Virus record (IMG/VR): IMGVR_UViG_3300046473_000190
Coordinates: 8,965 to 72,964 of that record
Source of the DNA: a virus
Lineage: Duplodnaviria > Caudoviricetes
Length of the DNA: 64,000 nt
Strand: one strand, 5' to 3'
A model generated the notes under the pieces. It was not told where the DNA came from and ran no database searches. It worked only from the letters and a program-made list of their open reading frames with translations. Of the stretch, positions 44,697 through 55,076 are shown in pieces. The translations under genes and the position numbers were made by a program. Each line of letters opens with the position of its first letter. The first letter of the stretch is position 1.

Positions 44697-46917
44697 CCCG
44701 GCCCAAGGAATTAGCGTTGTCATCGGCGATGATGAAGCCGATCCGGTCCGGATTGATCCGGTTACCGGCACGGTGGAGCACGATCAGGCCGACGGCAGCG
44801 TTATTGTCGAACTGGACAAGGTACGGAAGAATCGGGAAGGGCAGGCCTTCGACGCTAATCTGGCCGAGAGGATGGACGATAACGAGCTTTCCCGCATTGG
44901 CAACGAATTGCACCAGGCTATTTCGGACGATAACGATTCCCGCGGGAACTGGCTCGAGATAAGGGCGCGGATTATTGATTTCTGTGGCCTGCAGATCAAG
45001 GAGCCGCGGGCCAATGTGGGCGATACGTCAGCGGCCGTCGAGGGGATGTCCACGGTAACCAATCCCTTGTTGCTCGAAGGCATATTGAAGGGATGGGCTA
45101 ATGCCCAAGCGGAACTTCTCCCGAGCGAAGGTCCAGCCAAGATCGACGAACAAGACCACGAAACGCCGCAAAGCGATGAACTCGCGGAGGCATTGGAACG
45201 CGATTTTAATTACTACCTCACGGTCACGGCCACGGAATATTATCCGGATACCAGTCACATGCTCTTGTGGGGTGTCTATCTTGGAGGGTCTGGATTTAAG
45301 AAGATTTATCGTTGCCCTATGCGACGACGTCCCGTCTCCGAAAGCGTTAGCCCTGAAAATCTCATAGTTTCTGATACCATGAAGGACATGCGATCGTGTG
45401 CGCGCATTACGCACCAGATCGAAATGCGCCAGTCCATCATGCAGCGCATGAAGCTTTTGGGGGCCTATCGAGATACGCCGGCCACGACGCCGTCGCCGCC
45501 GACATCGACTGCGGTGGCGCAAGCGGTTGCGGGTGTTCAGGGAACCAGTCCGTCGCCGAGCGGGAAGCGGGAAGCGGATCGGCCATACATGCTTTGGGAA
45601 TGCCAATGCGAACTTGATTTGCCGGATTATGCGCCCAGCGGGTTCAAGGGCGAGGGCATTCCGTTGCCGTATCTGGTGACGCTGGACAAGGACAGCCGGG
45701 AGGTCTTGGCAATTCGCCGGGATTGGAACGAGGACGATGAGGACGCGCAGAGAAAGAGGCTCTACGTCAAGTATCCTTATGTTCCGGGCCCTGGTTTTTA
45801 CGGCACTGGTCTTGGGCATATTCTTGGTAATTGCTCTGCTGCAATGACGGCGGCCTGGCGTGAGGCGCTGGATGCGGGGATGTTTGCGAATTTCCCGGCG
45901 TTTCTGTTGGCAAAGCTCGGTGGCCGGCAAAATACGTCCGATTATCGTCTGGCGGCCGGGACCGGCACCGCCATCGAAACCAATGGCATGCCGATCGGCA
46001 ACGTAGTGACCAACCTGCCGTATCGCGATGTCACGTCCGGATTATTGACCCTGATCGACAAGATTACCGCGCAGGCGAAGGAACTTGGCGGCACGGCCGA
46101 CATTCCGGCCTCGGAGGGTGTGGCCAATGTGCCGGTAGGAACCATGCTGGCGTCGATCGAGCAGGCGACGAAGGTCATGAGTGCCGCCCACAAGGGCATG
46201 CATCAGGCGCAGGCCGAAGAATTGCAGATGCTGGTGGACTTGTTTCGCGATCATCCGGAAGATTTTTGGCAACAGAACAAGAAATGCAAAGGATTTTGGG
46301 ATGAAGCCAAGTTCAGGGCCGCCCTGGAGAATTGCTCCTTGGTGCCGCGAAGCGATCCGAACACTCCCTCGCACATCCATCGTGTTGCCAAGGCACTCGC
46401 CTTGGTTCAGATGCTCAACTCACCGGCCTTGGCTCAAGTCATGTCGGCCAAAGAGGTTGCTTTACGGGCGCTGGCCGTGTTGCGGGAGGATCCGACGAAC
46501 CTGATTGTCGACCCGATGCCGCAGCCTGCGGGCGGGCAGGGAGCCGCGGCCGACCCGTTGGTCGGGCAGGCGCGCATGCTGTCGGCGCAAGCGCAGATTG
46601 CCAAAGTGCAGCAGGAGGGCCAGCAGGGTCAGATCAAGACGCAATTGGATCAGCAAAAACTGCAGGTCCAGAAGGATATCGCCACATCGCAATTGGCGCG
46701 CGAGTTCGTCATTCATCGCGGCGATCAGGTTAAGGAAGAGGCGGCGCAGCAGCATGTGCAGCATGAGGCCGATCGCGAACATGGGCTGGGAACGGCGCAA
46801 TACGGACTCGATGTTGCCCGGCTGGGGTACGAACGGCAACAGGCCGACAGGGAACACGCCCTGAATGTTCACGAGGCATTGAATCCGCCGGAACCCGCCA
46901 AGCCGAAAAGCAAATGA
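44689..46917 (+). CDS. portal protein
   Basis: 742 aa after TerL; HPLL-like NPLLLEG, GSGFKKIY, FVKY-like YVKYPYVPGPGFYGTGL, Gln-rich barrel tail. Confidence 0.85.
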   Translation: MADPAQGISVVIGDDEADPVRIDPVTGTVEHDQADGSVIVELDKVRKNREGQAFDANLAERMDDNELSRIGNELHQAISDDNDSRGNWLEIRARIIDFCGLQIKEPRANVGDTSAAVEGMSTVTNPLLLEGILKGWANAQAELLPSEGPAKIDEQDHETPQSDELAEALERDFNYYLTVTATEYYPDTSHMLLWGVYLGGSGFKKIYRCPMRRRPVSESVSPENLIVSDTMKDMRSCARITHQIEMRQSIMQRMKLLGAYRDTPATTPSPPTSTAVAQAVAGVQGTSPSPSGKREADRPYMLWECQCELDLPDYAPSGFKGEGIPLPYLVTLDKDSREVLAIRRDWNEDDEDAQRKRLYVKYPYVPGPGFYGTGLGHILGNCSAAMTAAWREALDAGMFANFPAFLLAKLGGRQNTSDYRLAAGTGTAIETNGMPIGNVVTNLPYRDVTSGLLTLIDKITAQAKELGGTADIPASEGVANVPVGTMLASIEQATKVMSAAHKGMHQAQAEELQMLVDLFRDHPEDFWQQNKKCKGFWDEAKFRAALENCSLVPRSDPNTPSHIHRVAKALALVQMLNSPALAQVMSAKEVALRALAVLREDPTNLIVDPMPQPAGGQGAAADPLVGQARMLSAQAQIAKVQQEGQQGQIKTQLDQQKLQVQKDIATSQLAREFVIHRGDQVKEEAAQQHVQHEADREHGLGTAQYGLDVARLGYERQQADREHALNVHEALNPPEPAKPKSK

Positions 46918-47393
46918 CAAAACTATGCAATACGGGCTGGGAGGCCGATCGGCTTTACAAGAATTCGGTCACGGCAACATTTACGACACCGAGTCATCCG
47001 ATCAATCTCCAGGGCTACCGCTTCAAGCTGGCGATGATCCCGAGCGACGCCCCGTTCATCGGTACCTATGCCAGCGCGCAAGTATTGTTCTGGTGCGCCG
47101 TATTCGGGATTCAGAACACCGACGATTGGGGTTCGGTTGTGTTGGCGGACGCGACCGGCGCCAAGCAGAACCTCCACGGTGGGGCGACTGCCAACACCAA
47201 CATCATAGCGGTATCGATTCTCAAGGCATCGCCCTGGACAAGCGCCGTGAATGATTACATTGCCGAGTCCGGCTGGTCGATCACGGTGCCGCCAAAATCT
47301 ACGGTGCAGATGTTTGCGGCACACGCGGGGCAGGGGCCGGTGGATTTTGAGGTCCAGGGCGGATTGATCTATGGCGCAGTGGGAGGTACGTGA
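46914..47393 (+). CDS. hypothetical protein
   Basis: ORF track. Confidence 0.55.
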   Translation: MTKLCNTGWEADRLYKNSVTATFTTPSHPINLQGYRFKLAMIPSDAPFIGTYASAQVLFWCAVFGIQNTDDWGSVVLADATGAKQNLHGGATANTNIIAVSILKASPWTSAVNDYIAESGWSITVPPKSTVQMFAAHAGQGPVDFEVQGGLIYGAVGGT

Positions 47394-47692
47394 TGGGCAT
47401 TCTGGCTGATATCAAAGCATTTTTTCATTCCCTGTTCGGTCGCTTGCCGCTGACGGACCAGGAAAAGGCCGCCGCGCTTCAGAAGAAGGCGATGGAATTC
47501 GGCGAAGAACTGGACTGGCGGCATTCCATTGTGGATCTAATGAAATTGACGGGGCAGGACAGTAGCCTGGCCGCAAGGGCAAGATTGGCCAAGGAGGTGG
47601 GGTTCGTCGGTCAGTTCACCGGCACCGCCGACGAAAACGAATGGCTTTATGAGGAGGTCTGGTCTCGGTTGGGGTTAAAGGATTTTCCGTGA
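47390..47692 (+). CDS. DUF3597-like protein
   Basis: LDWRHSIVDLMKLTGQDSSLAARARLAKEVG...ENEWL. Confidence 0.75.
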   Translation: MMGILADIKAFFHSLFGRLPLTDQEKAAALQKKAMEFGEELDWRHSIVDLMKLTGQDSSLAARARLAKEVGFVGQFTGTADENEWLYEEVWSRLGLKDFP

Positions 47693-47716
47693 ATCGGCTG
47701 GAAATCGTGTTGGTGT

Positions 47717-47959
47717 GTGTCTTATTTATCTGGGGCGCAGCATTTTTGGTTTTTGCAGTTGGCCCTTATTTCTTTTAAGGACGGTCAGGTGATGACGCCG
47801 TTATGGTTCTGGGCGGACGAGTATTGCGAAGCCGTGGCACGAAGTTATGTCAGAATTTGCAATGCTGGCGGGTCGTGCGGGAACGGTATCGAATGGTCTG
47901 TGCCCAAGAAATGGATGAGACCCTTTGAAAAAGACGAATGGCTGTGGCAATGGCTTTGA
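47717..47959 (+). CDS. hypothetical protein
   Basis: ORF track. Confidence 0.35.
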   Translation: MSYLSGAQHFWFLQLALISFKDGQVMTPLWFWADEYCEAVARSYVRICNAGGSCGNGIEWSVPKKWMRPFEKDEWLWQWL

Positions 47960-48798
47960 AAACCAAGCAATGCAAGCACGGCAAATTCACCTACTACGAC
48001 AACGATCGTTATATCGGCAAGCAATTGGACGTTCTTGGCTATTACAGCGAGAATGAAGTGCAGCTTCTGCTGAAGTTGGGGGGAGTTAATTTTGGTGTGG
48101 TTATTGATGTTGGGGCTAATATCGGCGCGCTGACGGTTCCGTTGGCCAAGGTCATCGACAAGGTTTATGCGTTCGAGCCGCAGCCGGCAATTTATGACTT
48201 GCTGTGCGCCAATATCATGCAGAACAACCTGACGAACGTAATTGCGAAAAAGGCGGCGGTTGGGTCCAAAAGCGGAGTAGCGGAAGTGCCGCGGTATGAC
48301 ATGGATGCTCCCGATATGAACACGGGAGCGGTTGCCGTCGTGCCAATTCCGAAGGGAATAGAGATACCGGACGAGGCCGTTGTGGTGCCGATGGAAAAAC
48401 TGGACAATCTGGTTCGTACCCGATGGCCCGTCAGGCTGATAAAAATCGACGTCGAGGGCATGGAAAGCGATGTTCTCAAAGGCGCGAAACGAATTATTAC
48501 GAATGACAGGCCCGTGCTTTATCTCGAAAATAATACGCCTGGGACGCCGGAATCGAAGGCGCTCATCCAGCAGATCATGGATATGGGTTATCAGTTGGAA
48601 TGGCATTTGCCGGTTCTGGAATGTTTGACGAACGCCACGCACCGGACGCTGACATTGTCCTCGAACATGGTCTGCGTAACGCCGCGGCACGTGGTGAGTA
48701 GTGCTCACGGGCCGGATTTCCATCCGATCACTAGCCCGGACGACAATTGGCACAATATTCCAAGTTATGCGCAGGCCATTGCGGCATGTGCGGGGTAG
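47938..48798 (+). CDS. FkbM-family methyltransferase
   Basis: VIDVGANIG...VYAFEPQP, LIKIDVEGMESDVLKGA...RPVLYLE. Confidence 0.9.
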   Translation: MAVAMALKTKQCKHGKFTYYDNDRYIGKQLDVLGYYSENEVQLLLKLGGVNFGVVIDVGANIGALTVPLAKVIDKVYAFEPQPAIYDLLCANIMQNNLTNVIAKKAAVGSKSGVAEVPRYDMDAPDMNTGAVAVVPIPKGIEIPDEAVVVPMEKLDNLVRTRWPVRLIKIDVEGMESDVLKGAKRIITNDRPVLYLENNTPGTPESKALIQQIMDMGYQLEWHLPVLECLTNATHRTLTLSSNMVCVTPRHVVSSAHGPDFHPITSPDDNWHNIPSYAQAIAACAG

Positions 48799-48843
48799 TG
48801 GTAAATATGAAATTCACCTTGCAAGGCTTGAAGGACACGCTAG

Positions 48844-49719
48844 ATGGCCCATCCGTATAACGAGCACAGAGCGCATAAGGTCGAACACCGCCGCATGCAT
48901 CTTTTTCGGGCGGCTGGCGGCGGCATTGACGAGCACGCCGAGCGGCACGAAAAGGACGACGAGCTTGGTGAGGCCGTCAAGCGCGAGTCCAAGAAAGAGC
49001 GTGCCCAAAAGGCTCATGGCGGGGCCGTCAAGGTCCGCTTGGACAAGCGGGCTCGTGGTGGCGGCACCGGCAAGCTGGAACCGCAGAACCAACGCAAGAT
49101 TAAAAAGATTTCCCCCGGAAAGCCGACCCCGCAGATGCGAGCGGCCGGCGGCCGAGCCAAGCACAAAGGAAAAGGCAAGGGGCATACTACGGTCAATGTG
49201 GTTATGCCGCCTCATGCTGGCGGTGGCGCGCCCCCGATGATGCCGCCCGGCGGCATGCCGCCGCCGCGGCCCCCTGTTCCTGCGGCCCCGATGGGCGCTG
49301 GGGCCCTCCCCCCTGGCGTAGCGCCTCCACCGGGTGTTCTACCGGGCGCCGCAGGTCCGCCCATGATGCCGCCCCGTCCCGGCATGCCTCCCATGATGCC
49401 TCCTCGCGGCATTGGCGGGCGCACCTATGCCAAGGGCGGGAAGATCGAGGCCGACGAGGGCGGCAAGCACAAGACGGGCGCCAAGGACGGTCCCGCTTGG
49501 AAAACCGGCATTCGGGCCGGTACGCAGCCGCATCCTCATTCCCCCGGCAAGAACGATCAGAACGACATTCGCAACACCAAGCCGATCACCTATGCCACGG
49601 GCGGTCCGGTCGAGCATCCGCTTAAGGGCGGCATGGCGCCGTTCCCCGGCGCAGGCGGCGGCTTGGGCCGCTTGAGGAAGGAACATCGGGCGGAGAAGAA
49701 TTACGCTAGGCCCAAATGA
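48844..49719 (+). CDS. basic, Pro/Gly-rich putative core protein with multiple xxGG motifs
   Basis: His/Lys/Arg-rich ends, central poly-Pro/Met. Confidence 0.6.
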   Translation: MAHPYNEHRAHKVEHRRMHLFRAAGGGIDEHAERHEKDDELGEAVKRESKKERAQKAHGGAVKVRLDKRARGGGTGKLEPQNQRKIKKISPGKPTPQMRAAGGRAKHKGKGKGHTTVNVVMPPHAGGGAPPMMPPGGMPPPRPPVPAAPMGAGALPPGVAPPPGVLPGAAGPPMMPPRPGMPPMMPPRGIGGRTYAKGGKIEADEGGKHKTGAKDGPAWKTGIRAGTQPHPHSPGKNDQNDIRNTKPITYATGGPVEHPLKGGMAPFPGAGGGLGRLRKEHRAEKNYARPK

Positions 49720-49946
49720 TGTCCGAGTATCGGGAGACCAGGTCTGCCGTTGAATTTTTCCGTCCCGACCATCCGATGATGCCGATTACGGTGCGGCAGC
49801 GGTTGGAAGAAAGACGCACGAAATACCTGTCCGATCTTGAATATGCGATGGATTGGAACGATTTCCAGAAAAGAATCGGCGTCATCAACGGGTTGGGCGA
49901 GGCCATTTCGGTGTGTGTCGAGGCCGAGGATGCGTTGCGAGGATAA
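49716..49946 (+). CDS. conserved phage protein
   Basis: DWNDFQKRIGVINGL, typical of the gene preceding GroES in such phages. Confidence 0.6.
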   Translation: MMSEYRETRSAVEFFRPDHPMMPITVRQRLEERRTKYLSDLEYAMDWNDFQKRIGVINGLGEAISVCVEAEDALRG

Positions 49947-50387
49947 ATGAGCGTCACATCACATCGTAAGCTGCGCGACATAGCAGAAGCGCAGGTGGAG
50001 GGGGGCGATGTCAAGCAAGCCACACTCGCCGCGGTTGGCGATTATTCTGGCATCCGGGTCGGTCCATATCGAGTGCTGGTTGCCGTTGCCATCCGTCCCG
50101 CTAAACAAGGACTCCTATGGTTGCCCGACAAAGCGCAGGTCGAGGATCGCTTCCAGGGCAAATCCGGGTTGGTTCTCAAGGTTGGGCCGGGGGCTTTTAC
50201 CGATACGGCAGCGCATAAGTTCCATGGTTTTATCGTCAAGGAAGGCGATTGGGTTGGCTTTACGGCCAGTGACGGGCGGGAAGTATTCAAAACCGACCCG
50301 GATAGTCCTTCGGATGGGACGCCGTGCCGATTGTTCTGGGATCAGGATATCAGCATGTGGCTTGAGCATCCGTTCCTGATTTATTGA
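49947..50387 (+). CDS. groES: GroES-like co-chaperonin
   Basis: RVLV...GLLWLPD...GLVLKVGPGAF...VKEGDWV. Confidence 0.75.
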   Translation: MSVTSHRKLRDIAEAQVEGGDVKQATLAAVGDYSGIRVGPYRVLVAVAIRPAKQGLLWLPDKAQVEDRFQGKSGLVLKVGPGAFTDTAAHKFHGFIVKEGDWVGFTASDGREVFKTDPDSPSDGTPCRLFWDQDISMWLEHPFLIY

Positions 50388-50395
50388 GGTTGTCA

Positions 50396-51436
50396 ATGGC
50401 TGACGAACCGGAAATCGAAGTTCAGATTGAGGACAATCCACCGCCGACGTCTCAGGTGGAAGTCCCCCCTGAGAAGGCCGCAGCGGCACCAAAGACCGAC
50501 CCCGTTGCCGAACTCAAGGCACAGGTCGAAACGGCCCAAGCCGAGCGGGAACGTGAACGCCAGGGACGGCAGGAAGCCGATCGCCAAGCACAGGCCGACC
50601 GTGCTGCTCGCGCTGCGGCGGAACGGGATGCCGAGACAGTCCGCAGCGAGATTTCCGAAACGCGGTTATCGTCGGTGGATGCCGGAATTGCGGCGGCCAA
50701 TGCCGAAATCGCTGCAGCGGAAAATGATTCGATCTCCGCGCAGGAAGCCGGCGACTGGAAACGGAATACAGAAGCCGTAAAGCGGCTTGCTCGTGCCGAA
50801 GCCACGCGAATGCGGCTCGAGGAGGCCAAGAGTGATCTTGAATCCCAACGCACGTCGCTTGAGGAACGCCCGCAACGCACGCAACGGCAGGACGCTCCGG
50901 CTGCTTCATCTGATCCTGTCGAGGTATTTATTTCGGGGCGCGCATCGGAAACGCAACGATGGTTGCGTGCCCATCCAGAACACGCTCGAGCATTGGCGAT
51001 GACGATAGCCGGACAGGCGTCGGTCGAGGAGCAACGGCGCAGCGCCAAGGTCAATGCGGCTCATAATGATGCCATGGGTGAGGGATTTGCGCCGGACACG
51101 CCGGAGTATTTCGCCCACGTTGAGGAGTTTCTGGGCATGAATAAGAAGGAACCGGAGCCTGCCAAGACTGCGGCAGTTCCCAAGAAAGCGGCCGCGCTTG
51201 TCGCGCCGGTCTCATCGGCCGACGGTGGCGCGATGAACGGCAATTCGTCCGTGGTGAAACTCAGTCAGCGGGAGGCTATGGCGGCGCAGGATGGAACGCT
51301 GATTTGGAACTATCCGGATCCCACAGGACAGAATCGCTGGAAAAAGGGCGAACCGATTGGCATTCAGGAAATGGCCCGTCGTAAGCGTGAAGGCATGAAA
51401 CAGGGCCTTTATGACAAGACGTGGCTCGAGCAATGA
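50396..51436 (+). CDS. scaffolding protein (putative)
   Basis: Acidic coiled-coil, C-terminal VKLSQRE..A; between GroES and capsid genes. Confidence 0.65.
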   Translation: MADEPEIEVQIEDNPPPTSQVEVPPEKAAAAPKTDPVAELKAQVETAQAERERERQGRQEADRQAQADRAARAAAERDAETVRSEISETRLSSVDAGIAAANAEIAAAENDSISAQEAGDWKRNTEAVKRLARAEATRMRLEEAKSDLESQRTSLEERPQRTQRQDAPAASSDPVEVFISGRASETQRWLRAHPEHARALAMTIAGQASVEEQRRSAKVNAAHNDAMGEGFAPDTPEYFAHVEEFLGMNKKEPEPAKTAAVPKKAAALVAPVSSADGGAMNGNSSVVKLSQREAMAAQDGTLIWNYPDPTGQNRWKKGEPIGIQEMARRKREGMKQGLYDKTWLEQ

Positions 51437-51510
51437 GCGGCAAACGCGATATATCGTGGGATGATCCTGTGTCGGCTGTCGCACCGACCCCTATGGGAAT
51501 GGAGTTAATT

Positions 51511-52098
51511 ATGTCTGAAGAACAAGACACACCTGAACGTCGTCCGAGAGGCCGTCCGCGCAATCAGACGCGAGAGACAACGCGCGGCGAAGGGGCGTTT
51601 ATCGGACGCGGCGGCGAGACACTGACGCGGTCCCGCAAGGGTGGCATCGATCCATACCATGTTCCGTCCGAAATCGTCCCAGAGGGATGGTCGTACCAGT
51701 GGAATGCGGTGACGATTTACAACAATCCCGATTTGCTGGTCGGGCAGCAAATGCAGATGTCGGAAAACGGTTGGCGTCCTGTGCCCGCCGAACGGCATCC
51801 CGGCCGCTATGTGCCGTTCAACAAGACGGGCGATATCGTTCGCGACGGCATGCGGCTTGAGGAACGCCCCATCGGCATGACGGAACAGGCAAGAGCCGAA
51901 GAAGTCGCGGCGGCCATGCAGCAAATGCGCGATCGGGACGAAAGCCTGATGGGCAGCAAGGCCAATGTCCGCGGTGCCATGAAAAACGGATTTGAGATGA
52001 ACCCCGGACGCTATCGCGGCACAGGCGGTAGTTTGCGGATGAGTATTGATCCTGGCGTGGACATTCCGGCTCCAAGCCATAAAACTGTCGACAAATAA
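51511..52098 (+). CDS. conserved head-module protein
   Basis: PEGWSYQW...MSENGWRPV...IVRDGMRLEERP; GGAG RBS. Confidence 0.6.
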   Translation: MSEEQDTPERRPRGRPRNQTRETTRGEGAFIGRGGETLTRSRKGGIDPYHVPSEIVPEGWSYQWNAVTIYNNPDLLVGQQMQMSENGWRPVPAERHPGRYVPFNKTGDIVRDGMRLEERPIGMTEQARAEEVAAAMQQMRDRDESLMGSKANVRGAMKNGFEMNPGRYRGTGGSLRMSIDPGVDIPAPSHKTVDK

Positions 52099-52107
52099 GA
52101 GGTTGTC

Positions 52108-53037
52108 ATGAAACTGGTTATTTCGCTGGCGACGCGCGGTCGCCCGCAGCAATTGATTGACACCCTCACCAAGGACATCGCAACGATCAGCCAGGAAAAT
52201 ACGGTCCTGATGGTTCAAGTCGATGCCGACGACGCGCAAACCATCATGATGCTGCGGAACATGGCGCTTGATAAGCGTGTGCAAGTCAGCGTGAAGGAGC
52301 GCGAGGACACCATTGCGGCCAAATGGAATCGGGCGCTTGAGGAACCGGCCGATCTTTATATGATCAAAGGAGATGATGATCCGCTGACGGGCAAGGATGT
52401 CGACAGCAAGCTGTTGGAGGCCGCCAAAGCTTTCCCGGACGGCCTTGGCATGGTTTATGGGCACTATGCCAACCTGTCGTTTCCCGGTGTGATGTGTGTG
52501 ACGGCGGGCGTCACGGAACGGCTTCAGTGCATCATGCCGGAACATTTCCCGTATTGGTTCTGCGATCATTGGATGGACGATCTGGCGCGCATGATTGGGC
52601 GCATTGCCTTTGCCGATGTGCGGACGGATCAAAGCCAAGCCAAGCCGACACAGGAATGCCGGGAGCCGTTCTGGTGGGCGACTTGGTTTGATGCTGCGGC
52701 TGAACTTCGTCACGTTATCGCTGACGATCTTATCGCCAATCTCAAGGACGAGCCGTGGCGCAAGAAGATGTACAAGGCCAATTACCCTTGGATCGACATG
52801 CGGTCTCGTATGATTAATGACGGGGTACGCATGAACGCACGCCAACTGGAGTGGATGAACGGCCAACCGCTGTCACTCAAGGACGAGCGGTATCAGCGAG
52901 TGAAGGAAAAGGCCATTGCGCGGGTGCCGGAAATGCTAGCGATGATGGATAAGAAGGACGAGGCGGCCAAATTCGCCGAAATCCTCTATCCGTCGCCTAC
53001 CATTGCGGCCTTGCCGCGTGCCATCGGGGCCGTTTGA
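52108..53037 (+). CDS. GT-A fold (GT2-like) glycosyltransferase
   Basis: LATRGRP, VDADD, KWNRAL, KGDDD, YWFCDHW. Confidence 0.7.
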   Translation: MKLVISLATRGRPQQLIDTLTKDIATISQENTVLMVQVDADDAQTIMMLRNMALDKRVQVSVKEREDTIAAKWNRALEEPADLYMIKGDDDPLTGKDVDSKLLEAAKAFPDGLGMVYGHYANLSFPGVMCVTAGVTERLQCIMPEHFPYWFCDHWMDDLARMIGRIAFADVRTDQSQAKPTQECREPFWWATWFDAAAELRHVIADDLIANLKDEPWRKKMYKANYPWIDMRSRMINDGVRMNARQLEWMNGQPLSLKDERYQRVKEKAIARVPEMLAMMDKKDEAAKFAEILYPSPTIAALPRAIGAV

Positions 53038-53201
53038 TGAATTGGCGTTCGGCTGAGAGCGATCCCCCTCCGCGGTATGCCGTTGTCGAGGTCAGTCGCG
53101 ACAGGATAAAGACTTTGGACACGCTAATTTACAATCCACAGACCGAAAACTGGAACTTAAAGGGTCTTTATTGGCGATATCCAGATGCACGGGCCGCTTA
53201 A
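53037..53201 (+). CDS. hypothetical protein, 54 aa
   Basis: Manual translation MNWRSAESDPPPRY. Confidence 0.4.
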   Translation: MNWRSAESDPPPRYAVVEVSRDRIKTLDTLIYNPQTENWNLKGLYWRYPDARAA

Positions 53202-54558
53202 GGATAGGCTTGTACTTTGCCATGGGTGCTTTGACCTATTGCATTTGGGTCATATACGCCATTTGCAGGAGGCAAGAGCCCTTGGTGATCGTCTGATTGT
53301 CAGCGTGACGGCGGATCGGCACGTTCAAAAGGGCCTAGGACGCCCGCATTTCAGCGAAAATGAGCGTGTCGAGGCGCTAAAGGCGCTGGATTGCGTGGAC
53401 GATGCCTTTGTGTGCCAGTTTGGGACGGGCGCGGAGGTGATCGAGGCCATTCGGCCTGCCGTTTACTGCAAGGGCATTGATTACGCCGATCAGGTGGCTA
53501 CGAATCCCTATACGCAGGCTGAAATTGCTACGGTAACCGCTTATGGCGGCGAGTTTCACGTCACCAAGGCGCAGAAGTACTCGTCGTCGCGGCTGTTGAA
53601 CGCGCAACGGCTGTCATCCGAGGCGGCGGAATATCTAGCGGGCGTTCGCAGTAGGGGGTTTCTCTCCGAAATCAAGGATGCGATGGCAAAAGCCGACGAA
53701 TTGACCATCGGCTTTGTCGGGGAACAGATCATCGACGAATATCGCTATGTCAGAGCCCTTGGGAAGCCTTCCAAGGAGTTTATTCTGGCTACGGTGGCGG
53801 ACCACACCGAGCAATACAACGGCGGCGTAGAGGCCGCAGCGGCCCAATGTGAGTGGCGCGGGGCAAAAATCGTAACGGCGGGGGAACCGCTGACCAAGGT
53901 TCGGTATGTCGATGCGGATTTCAACAAGAAGCTGTTCGAGGTTTATTCGGGTCATAGTGTCGGTCTCGAGGGCGCTGCTCGTGATACCTTTCGCAGTCTG
54001 TTATGGGATGCTGTTCGTACTTGTGATTTACTGGTGGTCTTTGATTTCGGCCATGGCTTGTTTGGGGCAATTGAACGGGCGCAAATCAACGAAGCGCGGT
54101 GCGTTGCCGTCAACGTACAGACGAACGCCGGGAACGTAGGATTCAATCCCGTGGTCAAGTATCAGCAGGCTAACTTGGTCTGCATTGACGAACCGGAAGC
54201 ACGGTTTGCGACGCGGCGGCAGTGGGAACCGATGATTGACGTGCTTGGGGGTTTGTCGAGGCACTTCATGGGTGCTAAAATCATGGTGACACATGGACGA
54301 CAAGGCGCAGTCGTTTGGAATGACTTGGCGCAATGCATCACACAAATCCCAGCTTTTGCTACTCAAAACGCTGATACAATTGGTGCCGGAGACGCCTTTC
54401 TTTCGGCCGCTGCACCGCTGGTTGCTGTGGGCCTTGACTCGGAGATTGCTGCGTTCGTTGGCAATGTGGCAGGTGCGCTCAAAACACAAATTATCGGACA
54501 TCGACGGCATGTTACGCGAACCGAACTGATGACGAATGTGGAGGCGTTGTTGGCATGA
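53185..54558 (+). CDS. bifunctional nucleotidyltransferase plus PfkB sugar kinase (HldE/RfaE-like, reversed domain order)
   Basis: HGCFDLLHLGHIRHLQEARALGDRLIVSVTAD, KGIDY, YSSSRL; DFGHG, VTHGRQG, DTIGAGDAFLS. Confidence 0.88.
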   Translation: MHGPLKDRLVLCHGCFDLLHLGHIRHLQEARALGDRLIVSVTADRHVQKGLGRPHFSENERVEALKALDCVDDAFVCQFGTGAEVIEAIRPAVYCKGIDYADQVATNPYTQAEIATVTAYGGEFHVTKAQKYSSSRLLNAQRLSSEAAEYLAGVRSRGFLSEIKDAMAKADELTIGFVGEQIIDEYRYVRALGKPSKEFILATVADHTEQYNGGVEAAAAQCEWRGAKIVTAGEPLTKVRYVDADFNKKLFEVYSGHSVGLEGAARDTFRSLLWDAVRTCDLLVVFDFGHGLFGAIERAQINEARCVAVNVQTNAGNVGFNPVVKYQQANLVCIDEPEARFATRRQWEPMIDVLGGLSRHFMGAKIMVTHGRQGAVVWNDLAQCITQIPAFATQNADTIGAGDAFLSAAAPLVAVGLDSEIAAFVGNVAGALKTQIIGHRRHVTRTELMTNVEALLA

Positions 54559-54932
54559 CACTGATAGCAAAACGTTCCCTCTTGGCCGGGATGATGTCGC
54601 TATTGGGTGCTCCGGCCATTGTCCATGCCCAAAACATCATGCCGGTGAAGAAGCCGTCGTTGGCTTTGCCGTTGGATTATGAGTTGTTAGCTGCGGATTT
54701 TATATTGCCCTATGATGTGGTTTTGCGCCTTGGTGGTGGGGATGGTGCCGCAGGGCGTCGGTTGCTTGACCGCTGGATTGCTGGCGTACAAAGCGTTATT
54801 GAGGCGGAGCGTCGGCAGCAGGCGGACTTGCGCGAAGTGCTTGACATGGTCAACGGCACCGCCGGATACGGGAAGGCAGTGGGCGGGTGGAATATGGCAG
54901 GGACGGTGAAGGTGTATGACATGAAGACTTGA
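54555..54932 (+). CDS. hypothetical protein with Tat-like signal
   Basis: KRSLLAGMMSLLGAPAIVHAQNIMPV. Confidence 0.55.
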   Translation: MTLIAKRSLLAGMMSLLGAPAIVHAQNIMPVKKPSLALPLDYELLAADFILPYDVVLRLGGGDGAAGRRLLDRWIAGVQSVIEAERRQQADLREVLDMVNGTAGYGKAVGGWNMAGTVKVYDMKT

Positions 54933-55017
54933 ACGAGGCGTCTATGTGGTCCCCTCCAGATGAAGCCTCGTCCAGCAGGGGCGGGCGGCAGCGCCGAACA
55001 ACGCAGCCGTCCGCCAC

Positions 55018-55046
55018 TTGACACCGGATAAAGGATATGCTATACT
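55018..55046 (+). promoter_or_regulatory. near-consensus sigma70 promoter
   Basis: TTGACA-N17-TATACT. Confidence 0.85.
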
Positions 55047-55076
55047 GTTTTTGTTTAGTCAGAGAGGGGACTTACA

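Noticed and set aside
45028-45930. 300 aa minus-strand ORF inside the portal (similar shadows at 4723-5409, 42324-43037, 47845-48753)
   Set aside because: Typical antisense ORFs of GC-rich coding DNA
51505-52866. 453 aa minus-strand ORF
   Set aside because: Antisense shadow across two well-supported plus-strand genes; no motifs
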